Assembly (NCBI GenBank): GCA_905178155.1
Contig: CAJINV010000001.1
Coordinates: forward strand, 16,058,142 to 16,122,141
Direction: 5' to 3'
Origin: Amoebophrya sp. A120
Lineage: Eukaryota > Protista > Dinoflagellata
DNA length: 64,000 bases
Both the position numbers and the translations under genes were made by a program. Under the pieces are notes generated by a model. That model was not told the DNA's origin and searched no databases. It saw nothing but the letters and a program-made list of their open reading frames with translations. Position 1 is the first letter of the stretch. The number at the start of each line of letters is the position of its first letter. This document shows, piece by piece, positions 26,255-37,900 of the stretch.

Positions 26255-29200
26255 TCATGTCTTCTTTGGTTTCACGCGGTGGGTAAATTCCTTCTGGGGA
26301 CTCAGCACCCGCAGGCAGTTTAACGCCCCGCACGGCCACAACCGGACCGCCACGTGAGTGGCCCGCCGGGCGGAAAACCCCTCAAAAGTCATGGTCGAGC
26401 CGGCGAAGGACTTCGCGTATCGCTTTTCGCAGAGTCGCTCAAAGTGGCCCGCCTGCAGCAGCCGCGCGCCCTGTCCCTCGTTTCCCGCGTCGGAAGCCGC
26501 CTGGGACAGCATGAGACCGCGTTCCAGCATCTGTTTCTCCTTCATTTTCCCGTCCTCCCCCTCCGTCCAATCCGTCGCAAACACCTCGACAAACTCCGCC
26601 ATATCATGAAAACTGTGGGAGAAGTCCAGCTCAACGCGTGAAATCGTCACGGGCTGCACCGTGTCGGTGGCGTTATTCCGGTCCCGCGCCAGCACCACAA
26701 CCAACACCGAGCCCTGCCCGACCGCCTGGTTCCTTTGGCGCGGGAACAGGATCCCGCGCTCATGCGTGAAGGGGCATTTCGGGTAAGAGACAAGGGGTAA
26801 ATATCGGGCCGGGACGTTGTCGGACAAGAGCGCTGTTGAGGATTCCTGCATGACCGGCTTCCCGATCTCTTGCCGGGCGAAGTCTGGAAACAGCACCAGT
26901 GCACCCAAATCGGAGGACGCGACATTCACCAAAATGTCGGCAACTTGCTCCGGTGGTCGCTTGTTCATCTGGGCCAGTGTATTTGCTGTCAAAAGCTGCT
27001 GGTTCAAGACGAACGTTCGTCTTTTCCGGAACGCGTTGGCCGAATCGGTGATGTCGACGGCCGGCTCCTCGTCCTCCTGTTCGAGTTGTTCCACTTTCAA
27101 TCGATCCTTCAGCAACCTGACGTCTTGCGCACTACTATATGGGGACGCCTCAGCCTCCGTGTAGGCAGTCGCTTTCGGGTTCTGCAGAAACGCCTTCCAC
27201 GCAGGGACATCCGCAACGCCAGCGGTATTTCGCCAATCGGAGTTTTTAGTACCGTTTTTATCCGCTAAAACTATCTCAACCAAATCCTTTTCTGCAAACA
27301 GTGCGATCCGCGCAACGCCGCCGTCCGGAAACATGCGCAACTCGAACTTCGTGCGGTTACTGCCTTCGTGACAGTCCTGCTTCGCGATGTTGTAGAGAAT
27401 TTTGCCGTTAATCCGCATCCAGTGCTGCGCGTTCGCAACCGGCTCTAGGGCGCGAGGGAGCAAGTCCACGTATTCTTTCTTCTTATGGTCAAAAACGCAG
27501 AGGAACACCCGCTCGGGCAAGTCTCCACTTTTTACAAATCCCGTCGAGAGGAAGAACATCCACGACGCGGTGTCGGCCGTGCTCGCGTTCCACAGAGTGT
27601 CTTTCCCTTCCACGTCGAACCTGACATAGTCAAACTTCGCCGGGTTGTGTCGGCGCGTGCACCAGGAATCGTAGTCGACGCTTGGAAAGAAGGGAGAAAA
27701 CAAGTTTTCCACTTTTCCCAGCGTCCCTACGTCAGTGGCGTCGGCGATGATTAAGTCAGACGCTGGGTTGGTGAAAATCTCTCCACCTGTGGTCCTACTG
27801 CGCTCGTCCTGCTGCTGTGATGAAGAGGCGTGCATCATAATTAACTGGTTCCTGGGCCCGCGGTCGTGTTTGCTTCGCTCGTCGCGAAGAAAGTCCTTTG
27901 CCTTCATCGGACAAACTTCCTTACTGATCAGCTTGCCAAAGAACCGCTGCTGAAATTTCTTCTGAAAAGTAAACACTTCTTCCCGCACCGCGGCCCCCAT
28001 CGCGTCTAGATCGGTGGAGAACTTCTCCTTTTTCGTTTCTTCACTTCCTTCTTTTGTCTTTCCCTCGCTCTCTACTGCAATTGCCGCTGTTGTATTGCCA
28101 GAAGTTGCAGCACTGTGGTCTTCCACGGCGGCTGCTTGCTCTTTCTGCTTCCGGCCCGCGAAGCCGAACTTGGAGCTGAAGACGGAGGTTGCGCAGGCCA
28201 CCCAGTGCTCTTCTTCAACGATCGTTGCCGCCACGTCGACCAGACAGGATAACCGCGCGCCCGCGTTGCAGCAGATCACACAGCCGCGACCGGAATCGGG
28301 TCCTTGGATGCAGAGGAGAAACAGGCCGCAGTGACCCTCGTTGGAAAAGTGCTGCATCACGAACTTTGCGTTGTCCACCCGATCGAAGCCCCGCGCCAGC
28401 AGCACCGCCCCACTGGTCGCGCCGTCGATCCCGGCCTGGCGCATGGCCTCGGAAGTTTCCTGGAAGTGGAGCTTGTCCCACAGCATTCGCGCGCCCTCGT
28501 GCGAAATTGCCGCAGATTTTTCATCAACGATACTGTTCCCGAACCCGTTGCACATGTTCGCCAGCAACCGACTAAACGCGAGTGGCGTCGCAATCGCGCC
28601 ACCCGCAAGCTCCGGGTACTGCAGCATCAACCGTTTCGCGGTGCTCGGTTTACTCGGGTCGTAATCTACCGGATGCCCCAACGCCGCGTAGGGCTCGATC
28701 GCGTCGCTCTCGTCGTCGTTTTCGTCCGCGACCCCCGGGCCGGTGGGAACCTCGTCGCTCATCCGGGCCTTGTTGACCCGGAAGCCCAGTTCGCGCACGT
28801 TGTTGCGCGGTTCCGCGAGCCAGGGCCGCAGAATGTCGTACATCGATGTTTTGTCCGGGGAGTGGAAGAGTTCCAGCAAGTATTGCAGGACCAGTGCGCC
28901 CGCCGGCGTCGGCTCGTACGCTTCCCGCGGTTCCCGGGCGACTGCTAGCTTGTCGTACCCGAGTTCCTCCGGTGCCTTTCCCCTCATGATGTCCAATACA
29001 GACGGTTTGTCGTCCTTGAGACCGCGGCCGACGAGCGGGCCGGCGCTGAGCACCGCGTGGCCCGTCAAGTCGCGGAGCCGCACTTGGTCCCCCGCCCCGG
29101 TCGCGCCCGCCAGGTCGGGCAGCACGTACGGTGCCCGCATCGCTCGCAGGATGTCGTTCACCGGCGTGTTCGCAAATAACTCAAACAGGGACCGCGGAGG

Positions 29201-32200
29201 CGGCGGGGGCGGCTCCTCCTCCTCCTCGCTCTCGTCCAGCGGCTTTTCCTTGATTTCGTAAAACAGGCTCTCCAGCTGCTCCGCCACCTTCTCCGGGAGC
29301 TCTCTCCGGTCCAGGGAGAGTTGCTTTTCCACGAAGAAGGCCGCGGCAAGAAGCTGCGAGAAACTGCCGAGTGAGAACAGCGTGTCCGCCCGCATGTGCT
29401 TCCGCGCGCTGTGGTACAAAAACCCGGATTTCCCGGCCACCACGGGCCGCTCGGGGAAGGAAACTTTTGGCAACGTCGGGATGAAATTGCTCGTGGTCAC
29501 GTAGTGCCTTCTAAACGGTTCAGCTTTGTCCGCGAAGCTTTGAAACGCGACCTGATCCGGTATACTTGCGGACGCGGCGGCCGAGCGCGGAGGCGCCTTC
29601 CGACGCACCATCATCCCCACATCGAGCGGACTCGCGTCCAGCGCGGCGTCCAGCGGCCGCAGCAGACTGACGCTGATCCCCGGCACGCCGTGGTTGCGGA
29701 CGCACCCGTCCACGGCGCGCTGCAGCCGCAGCCACCGGAAGGGCAGGTTCGTCAGGAGCCGCTGCAGCCGCTCGTGCAACGCAGTCTGCAGCAGGCCGCG
29801 CACGCGGGTCTGCAGCTCCGGCTTCAGCCCCCCGATGCCCCGGAGCTCGTGCCGCGTCTGCTCGTCAAACACATTCTCCTCGTCGAAGGGGAAGCCGCGG
29901 CGCAGCACGTCGAACGTGATGCCCTCGTCGACTACGAGAAAGCGCGAGAAGTCCAAGCAGTCGTGCTCCGAGCGAAACGACCCTCTGCCGCCCTCAAACA
30001 CCATGGCCTCCGCGTACTCCGCGCACAGGTAGACGTTTTCCATGTACCACACCTGCTCCGCGAGGGGGTTCGCAACCGAGGTCCAGTAGTGCCCCGGCCA
30101 CGCCTTCGCGACCAGGTCCCACGGGTCCGCGAACGTGTCCGCGTTCTCGAAGAGCGCGTCGTAGAGGAAAATGGTCAAGTACTCCTGCACGGAGTTCCGG
30201 CACACCTTGTCGCACACCAGCTGCACTAGCAACTGCAGCACCACGCGGTACCAAGGCTTGGTCCGGGAGGTGAATCGCAGCACGGTCGCGTGGTCAATCA
30301 AGTCCGGCAGCGGCGTCCCCTCGTCCTCCGTGCCCGCCGGCGGGTCGTAGGGGGTGATGAGACTCACGCGGTCCAAGTTTCGGTACTCCTCGAACAGCAT
30401 CTGCAGGAAGGTGTTCCGCGGTAGACGGCCGTGGTGCACCTCCAGCCACAGTTCCATGCGGGCCTTTTCCAAGCTCGCCAGGTCGTAGTACCGCAGCACC
30501 GCAATCGGGTCGCTGTTCACCTGGGCCCACACCGGCCGCACGAACTCCGGAAACCAGAGCGTGGTGAAGTCCCGGAAACAGGTGTAGTAGCACAGGTACT
30601 GCAGCGCCTCGCGGATGCTTTTCCGCACCTCTTTCTCCACGTACCGCAGCTGGGTCTTCGCCTTCCGCGGGTCCTTGCTCTCCACCTGCAGATTCTCGTC
30701 CAGAAACAAAACTTCGCGGGTGACCTCGTTGCTGCCGATGCCGTCGCGCTCGACCGGCCCCGTGATGCCCTGCACCTCGGCGCCCTGCTCCTCGTCCGTT
30801 TCGGCGTCCTCGTCCTCGCCCATCTGCGCGAAGAACATGATTTTCTTCAAGTGCCGCCGCACCACGTCCAACCGCCCGTCCCACAAAAAGGGGTTTCGCG
30901 ACCGCGCCGTCACGCTCTTCAGCAGCGCGTAGCACACCTCCAGCGCCTCCTGCTTGGCCTCCGTGAATTCCGTGGGGTCGTCCAGCCACTTCGTCCGGGC
31001 CTGCCAGTATCGCGAGTACACATCCCAGACGCACAGCCCCGGGCGGACGTAGTCTTGCGCGTAGCAGCAGAACCCGTCCAGCCCCGCCTGGACGTGGGCC
31101 ACCACCTCGCGGACCAGTTCCAGCATCACCACGACGTCCGATGCGATGCGCTCCTCCGACTGCGCGTCCAGGTAGGGGTTGAACAGCTCGGGCCCTCCGG
31201 GGGCAACGCTCTTCATTTTGCCCGCCAGCGTTTGCGACACGGCAAACCCGCAGAGCGCGAAGTGGGTGCCCGTGGCAACCAGGTCCTCGCCGACCATCGA
31301 GCGCAGCCACACGCGCTGCATCTGCAGCCCCTGGCGGAGCCGCTTCTCGTCCGTGCGGCGCAGCACCCGAAACAGCGGGTCGCGCCGCTGGGACCGGGCC
31401 AGCGCCGCGAAAAACTGGTCGGTGGAACCCAGCCCGACGCTGACCACCACGTCGCTGTCGGCTGTGGTTGTGTTGTTTCCGCGTCCGAGCAGGTCTGCGA
31501 CGGCCGGCACCGCGTCCAGCAAAAATCGCGGGTGCTCGCAGGTGACAGCCAACTTGACTTTCGGAACAGCTTTCTTCACCGCCACCGCCTTTGACGCCAG
31601 CCCGCGCAGCTTGCCAAGGCCCCCAACTTGCGGCTTGTTTGCAGCAGAGGCTCTATTCCCAGTTCCGCTTGTCCCGGTCGGCAGTAGCGCCAACGCACTG
31701 TCGATCAGGTTGCGGACGTACAGGGCTTCTTCGCGCGAGTGCAAGTTGCCCACCTCGAAGGTCAGCTCCGCGAGGTCCTTGTTGTGGTAAAGGAGCAGGC
31801 AAACGCAGTACAAGTGCAGCGGCAGTGGGTCGCGCCCGTCCACCAGATGCCACCAGTCCGCCAGCTCGAGATCGGGCAGCCGCGTTCGCAGCGCCGCTTT
31901 CTTCCGCTGATCACCTCGCAAATTCGGCGTGGTCCCGTGCAGACAGTAATGCAAACCCTGGAGGCACTTGGCTACCGCCGTCACGTCGCCGACGCAGGCG
32001 TCGACGTTGGCGCAAAACTTCGGCAACAGCGCGGATTTCGTGATCACTTTGCTCACCTCCGTGACCTCCTTGTCCTTGCCCGCGTGGGCCGTCGCGAGGC
32101 CGTACTCCGGCTCGGCCTCCAGCGGGCCGGCCGCACCCCGGAAGCTCACAAAAACACGGTCGCGGTTCACCTTCCGCCGCGCCATGTCGCGGATGCTGGC

Positions 32201-32857
32201 TTTCTGGGCCCGGTCCTCGATGGCGTCGAGGTTGCGCTCCTGCATACCCTTCACCGCATTTCGGCCCGCCCCCGCGAAAATGTTCGTAGCACTGGTTTTA
32301 TTCGCGGCTGCTGCTCCCAGCATCACGGACTTGGTTTGTGTGAAGGCGGGATCTCCACCGTCCTTGTCCACAAGTCCCAGGTACTGTCGCTTGAAACTCG
32401 CGACTTCGTCTGCCACCTCGGGGTAAACCGCTTGAAAAATCTTCGCCCTTTCGGAAAGCGCGGTCTCCAGACGCGCATCTTCCCGCTCCAAGCACGCCGG
32501 CGCGCGCCGCGGCCGCGGCGGCTTGTCGTACGCATCGTCCCAACACGTTTCGTAGGCGTCGCTTTCGTAGTCCCGCGACTGGTTGCGGGCGACGCAGAGT
32601 TGCGTGCGCGCATCTAACTGCTCCGCAACCACCTCGCGCTGCAGCAGCAGCAACGACAGGGCGCCAGCGTTGGCCAAGTAAACTCTGCGGACGTACGCAA
32701 GTACCTCCTCCTTCTCCCACCGGTTCAGCTCCTTATTGGAGCTGATCTTCTTGTGAATTTTCCAATTTGTCCCGACCTCTTCGTACTCCCCCCGCGCCAG
32801 AGCCGCCTCGAGCACCCTGGGCGCTAGCTGCCGCTGATAACTCGTCACGTCGTCCAT
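26255..32857 (-). CDS. About 2,200-aa fusion protein: malate synthase A-like domain + beta-lactamase-fold (serine hydrolase-like) domain + two allantoicase repeats
   Basis: Intronless ORF. Malate synthase-like: RLPDLELADWWHLVDG…LLLYHN, FEVGNLHSREEA, REVVAHVQAGLDG, VRKSIREALQYL, YDLASLEKARMELW, EYLTIFLY. Beta-lactamase-like: HGVPGISVSLL, ADTLFSLGSFSQ, YPELAGG, HFSNEGH, GRGCVICCN. Allantoicase-like: DSWCTRRHN, LRMFPDGGVARI, VELDFSH, THVAVRLWPCGALNCLRV. Confidence 0.8.
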   Translation of the reverse strand: MDDVTSYQRQLAPRVLEAALARGEYEEVGTNWKIHKKISSNKELNRWEKEEVLAYVRRVYLANAGALSLLLLQREVVAEQLDARTQLCVARNQSRDYESDAYETCWDDAYDKPPRPRRAPACLEREDARLETALSERAKIFQAVYPEVADEVASFKRQYLGLVDKDGGDPAFTQTKSVMLGAAAANKTSATNIFAGAGRNAVKGMQERNLDAIEDRAQKASIRDMARRKVNRDRVFVSFRGAAGPLEAEPEYGLATAHAGKDKEVTEVSKVITKSALLPKFCANVDACVGDVTAVAKCLQGLHYCLHGTTPNLRGDQRKKAALRTRLPDLELADWWHLVDGRDPLPLHLYCVCLLLYHNKDLAELTFEVGNLHSREEALYVRNLIDSALALLPTGTSGTGNRASAANKPQVGGLGKLRGLASKAVAVKKAVPKVKLAVTCEHPRFLLDAVPAVADLLGRGNNTTTADSDVVVSVGLGSTDQFFAALARSQRRDPLFRVLRRTDEKRLRQGLQMQRVWLRSMVGEDLVATGTHFALCGFAVSQTLAGKMKSVAPGGPELFNPYLDAQSEERIASDVVVMLELVREVVAHVQAGLDGFCCYAQDYVRPGLCVWDVYSRYWQARTKWLDDPTEFTEAKQEALEVCYALLKSVTARSRNPFLWDGRLDVVRRHLKKIMFFAQMGEDEDAETDEEQGAEVQGITGPVERDGIGSNEVTREVLFLDENLQVESKDPRKAKTQLRYVEKEVRKSIREALQYLCYYTCFRDFTTLWFPEFVRPVWAQVNSDPIAVLRYYDLASLEKARMELWLEVHHGRLPRNTFLQMLFEEYRNLDRVSLITPYDPPAGTEDEGTPLPDLIDHATVLRFTSRTKPWYRVVLQLLVQLVCDKVCRNSVQEYLTIFLYDALFENADTFADPWDLVAKAWPGHYWTSVANPLAEQVWYMENVYLCAEYAEAMVFEGGRGSFRSEHDCLDFSRFLVVDEGITFDVLRRGFPFDEENVFDEQTRHELRGIGGLKPELQTRVRGLLQTALHERLQRLLTNLPFRWLRLQRAVDGCVRNHGVPGISVSLLRPLDAALDASPLDVGMMVRRKAPPRSAAASASIPDQVAFQSFADKAEPFRRHYVTTSNFIPTLPKVSFPERPVVAGKSGFLYHSARKHMRADTLFSLGSFSQLLAAAFFVEKQLSLDRRELPEKVAEQLESLFYEIKEKPLDESEEEEEPPPPPPRSLFELFANTPVNDILRAMRAPYVLPDLAGATGAGDQVRLRDLTGHAVLSAGPLVGRGLKDDKPSVLDIMRGKAPEELGYDKLAVAREPREAYEPTPAGALVLQYLLELFHSPDKTSMYDILRPWLAEPRNNVRELGFRVNKARMSDEVPTGPGVADENDDESDAIEPYAALGHPVDYDPSKPSTAKRLMLQYPELAGGAIATPLAFSRLLANMCNGFGNSIVDEKSAAISHEGARMLWDKLHFQETSEAMRQAGIDGATSGAVLLARGFDRVDNAKFVMQHFSNEGHCGLFLLCIQGPDSGRGCVICCNAGARLSCLVDVAATIVEEEHWVACATSVFSSKFGFAGRKQKEQAAAVEDHSAATSGNTTAAIAVESEGKTKEGSEETKKEKFSTDLDAMGAAVREEVFTFQKKFQQRFFGKLISKEVCPMKAKDFLRDERSKHDRGPRNQLIMMHASSSQQQDERSRTTGGEIFTNPASDLIIADATDVGTLGKVENLFSPFFPSVDYDSWCTRRHNPAKFDYVRFDVEGKDTLWNASTADTASWMFFLSTGFVKSGDLPERVFLCVFDHKKKEYVDLLPRALEPVANAQHWMRINGKILYNIAKQDCHEGSNRTKFELRMFPDGGVARIALFAEKDLVEIVLADKNGTKNSDWRNTAGVADVPAWKAFLQNPKATAYTEAEASPYSSAQDVRLLKDRLKVEQLEQEDEEPAVDITDSANAFRKRRTFVLNQQLLTANTLAQMNKRPPEQVADILVNVASSDLGALVLFPDFARQEIGKPVMQESSTALLSDNVPARYLPLVSYPKCPFTHERGILFPRQRNQAVGQGSVLVVVLARDRNNATDTVQPVTISRVELDFSHSFHDMAEFVEVFATDWTEGEDGKMKEKQMLERGLMLSQAASDAGNEGQGARLLQAGHFERLCEKRYAKSFAGSTMTFEGFSARRATHVAVRLWPCGALNCLRVLSPQKEFTHRVKPKKT

Positions 32858-34953
32858 CGTTCGTGTGTTGTGTCGCTGCAACGCTTTGGAGAGGGAGCAG
32901 TGCAGGCAGCACAGGTCGACGTGACGCGAGCAACATTAGCAAGAACGAATCAACATAATCCGTCTGGCTTCTCTGCTTTTGTCATCCGATAGAATCGCGA
33001 GGAAATGAGTTGATGCTTTTCATGCTAGCATATCTGTTATCTTTAAGTTGAAATCAAGTCGGGGGCATTTCTTCATGCTGGCGAGCAGCTGGTACAACCT
33101 TGTGTAGTACCGAGCAAGTAACTACGCACATGATACAGAATAGGTCCACGCTTCTGGTTGAGAGGAGGTTAATATCAAATCTTCACAACTGAGGTCATTC
33201 CCCTGTTCACTTCCATCTGATGTAAAATCTGTGCAGCTGCTGCAAAACCAGAGACTAGCGCGAAGAGCGACGACGTAAAACGAAGGAGGACGAATAACGC
33301 GATTTCTGAACGATATAAAATGAGTACACGCCACGAGGCTCTTGACAGCAGTAGCACGATTTTTCAATATTTCAGCCCGCTAGGCGCAATGAATTTATGT
33401 GGACGACGAGAAGGCACGCAACAAAGAAACACAAGGAAACGAACGAAAAAATGATCCGGAAATCTCACACAACCAAGGCGAAGCAAAGGCCCCCGTTCAT
33501 GTGACAGTTCTATTTTCCCGCACCAACATGCTTCGACAATGATGCAAAAGCTTGACCATTTCATGCCTGCGATTCCTCGTCGCATCGAGGAGAACACTGA
33601 ATCCAATAACATGCTGAAGAACACGACTGACTTTTTCTAAACCACATGTATGTCAGTGTGGCGCTCAATCACTTAAAGTCATTCTCATCTCGTTCCTTAG
33701 CAACATTCTGGAGGTTGTACTTACCCCTAAATGGTTGTTCTCATACCGTCTCCCAGTACTTTCGCTGAGGAGGACTTTTGAGATGCAAATTATATTCGTT
33801 TGCGTATAGATATGTTTTTCGTGGTGGAACCCGGAAAACGCGGAGCCTTGATCTCCAGAGTCCGTGCTTTCTTCCTCGCCAGCAGGTCGGACTGAGCTTC
33901 TGCTTGGCGTGGACCTGACAAAAAGCATGGTGGTAGCGTTGCCAAAACGAGGTATAAACTAGTTTACTTTTCATGACTAAAAGTTTTTCCCTTGTTGCTA
34001 TAGGTTAAAAACTTTTTCATGCCTCAAATCAAAATCAAACCAAATGGCTTTCAAGTTGCCTAGTGCAACTCGAGACTCTACCCAGGGCTAGAAAGGAAGT
34101 CCCATAGAGAGTCACGGCAAGACAGTCATCGCTAGGGTCTTAGGGGCAGAATTCTTGGATATCTGTGCTACACCCCGACCGAAGCCTATATCTCTCTGCG
34201 AGTCAACAACGAACTCTCACAGCAATCAACAACGAGCATTCTACAGTAGTTCAAAACTTTTTGTGCGGGGCGACAAACTAAAACAAGCCTAAAAAAAGGT
34301 TCTTGTCTCTGCTTCTCGCTATGAGGCTGTCAAATAAACATAAATCGGCTAAAGAATTTTGTTGGTGCTATCGTAATAAATTCTCAATTATGCGTGTTCT
34401 GACGACGATGCTGTTGTCTATAAAAAAACTGCTTCTTCGCTTACAGCTCGCCGACTATTAGACTGATCACAAACCACGGACAACAATCAAGGCCTCGTTG
34501 GTCGTACAACTACTTCCCGGTGGCAATAACATGTACGAAATTTACATATCCACCTGATAGTACCCAAGTTTCCTTCTTTTTATTCATCTCGTCTTTTTCA
34601 ATTATCCACGGCGGCCGGCGTCCGAAAAGCAGCAAAGGGAGTGCGCTATCAACTGCAAACCAATCTATCTGTGTCTGGAAAATTGCAAAATTGTGTGTAG
34701 TGTTGTCATGCTAAGCACCTCGGAAGGGAGCTGAGCATTTGCCAATGCACGCACACCACCTCGGCGCTTGGAAAATGTCGCCAGACTCAGCTACCCTGCC
34801 GACTCATTACCGGTTTGTTGAGAGGCGAAATTCAAATTAACCTCACACAGGTTGGCTAATTTGTTTCTCATGCAAAAACACGATTTGCTCTCGTGTTAGA
34901 ATTGCAACTTGGATATTGCTCAAAGCTGCTCAGGCGAACTAAAAGTCCTTATT

Positions 34954-37900
34954 TCATGATGACCCTATTAGCAACGCAAGTCTAGTACTCTCGCACTTTT
35001 CCAGACTCAGAGATATCATTGCAGTCGATACGAAGTCATCGAAGTCCGTGTTAGAGCCAACGCGGAATTGACCCAGAGACTCACTCCTGTCGCTCTGGCT
35101 CTTCCCTTCTCCAAGTAACCGACTCGGAGCAAGCATCTCCTCCATCGTAGCATGGTGGAGCTGGTCCACCGTCGTCCACGCCTCTGCGTGATCACTCCCT
35201 CCCAGAACATGTGCCCGAGTCGCTCCTTCTTTGATTGGCAAATACACCGTCGTTGCGTCACGAGAGCCCTCTCCCATCCCCGTCCCGATTAGCACTGCTT
35301 TTGGTCCGTCCGGCAGTAGCGTGGCTTGGACCAGGCCTAGTTCGGCGTTGAAGCGCCGGTCAAGGCGGTCCTGTCTTAACATTTCTCGGGCTTTCTCCAT
35401 GGAAATATTTCCGTCCTCGACAAAGTCTTCGATTGTGAATTCAGGATCTCCCATGTTTCTCCACTTAGGGACATCCCCTTCTGCTGGGTCCTCATCATCC
35501 ATTATGTGACACAGAAAAAAACGCGCGCATCATTGTTGTATATGCACTAAAACATAAATATTTGTTCTGTCGAAAGTCAGTACGTATCATGGAGCCCAAA
35601 CCATGCCGCTTTGTTGAGATATGCAACTTGGAGGTGCGTCTCCCTCTCCTTGTAGTAGAGTAGTTGTAGTCTGTTCTTGCATTACAAGAGATGCGATAGG
35701 GTGCCTTACTTTTTTCTCTGAGATACAGGAAATGGAGTTTCATGGCAGGGGTCGCTAGACTCCACCGTCGATTGGCGCTAGCAAGATCTTGGTCAGTCAG
35801 CCATTTTCTCGTGAAGTCGTACACCGACTCCATTGACCCCCCGGCCACCAGCCGAATAAACTCTTGCACTTTTGCGTACGGAAAACGCAGCGTAGTTTTG
35901 TAATGGAGCTCCAATAAAGATCGCTCGGAAAGCTGCTGGCTTATACCTGCACCCACCTCGACGGCGTTCCTGCCGCCCATTTTGCGCCACAGCAACTTGA
36001 AAAACCGCTGCTCAACGGCCGCGCAGTGTCGCCTTTCTGGGCTGCCTTCGTCCGGGCCTCCAAAAGCTTCGCAAACACGGTCTAGGATGCGCGTCTGCAG
36101 CGTTTCGACGATAAAGGCCCATTCGTTCGCGGCAGTCGCATCGATAATGGCGTCTGTTCGAAACGCTATCAGGTTTACGACGCCACATGGGTAGATGAAC
36201 TGATCCTCTCCTTGCTTAAGCTTCGGCTCCGAGTCGTCGAATCGCTTTCCAAAGTACCTTTTGATAAGCGCTTGAATCAGGCCTTTGTACAGTGCTTCAT
36301 GGTCTTGAATCAGCGCAACAACGGGCAAAGGACCAGACTGGCCCTGCGGCGGAAAGTAAAAGCGAAACTTCGTATCAAAGCGAAAAGTGCCCGACCTTCA
36401 GAACAACAAAATAATTGTCGTGCAAAGTTCCGACTACGACCCAAACACACAATCCCCTTCGTCGTGCAAAATATAAATTTCTACATGGAAAACTCTGCAA
36501 CTACAAAAAAGAAACTTTTTGTGAAATCCGACGCGTTTTGTTTCAGAATCTATTCGAGTTTTCCAGCTCTAATCAATGGCATGACGTACACTGTGCTTGT
36601 GCGCACCACAGTTTCTCGCTATCATCGATTTAAAATTGGTGCTGCTGACCAAGAGTTTTCTGCAGAGAAACTTTGCTTTAGAAACATTCCCCCTTTCTTC
36701 TGGAAAGGCGCTTTTCTTCTTGATACTTCGCATGGGTGCGCAGAGCGAGGCCAACTGCGCGACTTACGGACTTCTCGGGGACTACGTCGCTGCTACTTGG
36801 CAGCTTCTGCAAAAACTCGTTATGGACGAGCGCTTCCACTGCGGTCGCGAGTGTGCCTCTGCCATTCGGGACCATTTCTTTTTGAAGCCGGAGCACAAAC
36901 TGCCCAATACTGTAGGGCCCTCGGGCTTCTGTCTGCAGGCGTGCGAGATACCGCGACTCTGCCCCGGTTCCGTCATCAGAGGCGGCATTTCCACGACCCA
37001 GAAAATGCTCAGGAAGGTCAGTCCCACTGCAGGTGTCCGGCGTCAATGCACAAAGTAGCGTCCATGGGGTTGTCCAAATTTCCGCACCGTCTCCTTTGAA
37101 GAATAACGGTAACTCGTCCGCCGACTTGGATTTGCCAAGCACCTTGTCATACACAGATGGCCACACAGTGAGTTTTTCTTTGAGCCCTAGTTGTTGCGGC
37201 GTGGGCGGGCTTCGCAAGATACGCAGCGACTCCAAACACGTGAGGCTTTCCTCAACCTTCTCCGCTAGCCCTTCGGCGGAGAGCTCGCGTTCCGGTTGCA
37301 CAACGTCCAACTTTTCCGGAGTAAATTCAAGCTGGAGGCAAGCGGGGGCGCGATAGGCAGTCTTCATCAGACGAAAGTCGGTCTTCATAAACCTTGCCGC
37401 CAGCTCGGTGTGTGCCATAGTGTTGGCGAATTGGTTGCTGTGAACGGTGACTGAAGGGAACTCTGCTCCACCCATGCCCTGCTCCAGCAATACCGGCCTC
37501 TGCGTCTGGGCTACTTTCTTCAGGTCAGCACGATCGTCCGGGCCCAAAAAGGATTCTTCGAGCGCATCGCCGTACGTCAGGTCCACTTGCGTTGGCAGCT
37601 GGAGTGCGGCTGGAACGCCATCTCGATCCGGAACGAAAGCACGACCAAACTCATGCAGAAACGAGCGCAGCAAGTTCAGCATGTGTGTTCGTGCGGCCTG
37701 CACAGCCGGCAGTGCGTCCTGCCTCAACTGTCGCAAAAATCGCGCTACCACCACTAGCATCACACGTCGACGGTGTAGGTCTTCCCAAAAAACGCCAAAC
37801 CGCCTCAGATTTCTGTATCCCACAGGAAAGAAAAAGGATAGTCATAGTGTCAGCGTATAATGCAAAAATAGTTTACCAATTCTCTAAGTACTTTTACACA

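Noticed and set aside
29396-32617. Long plus-strand ORFs (277, 387, 292 aa)
   Set aside because: They are antisense shadows of the GC3-rich 2,200-aa CDS.
33000-34900. RNA gene or small CDS in the long intergenic stretch
   Set aside because: No tRNA cloverleaf, rRNA/snRNA signature or convincing ORF was seen by eye.
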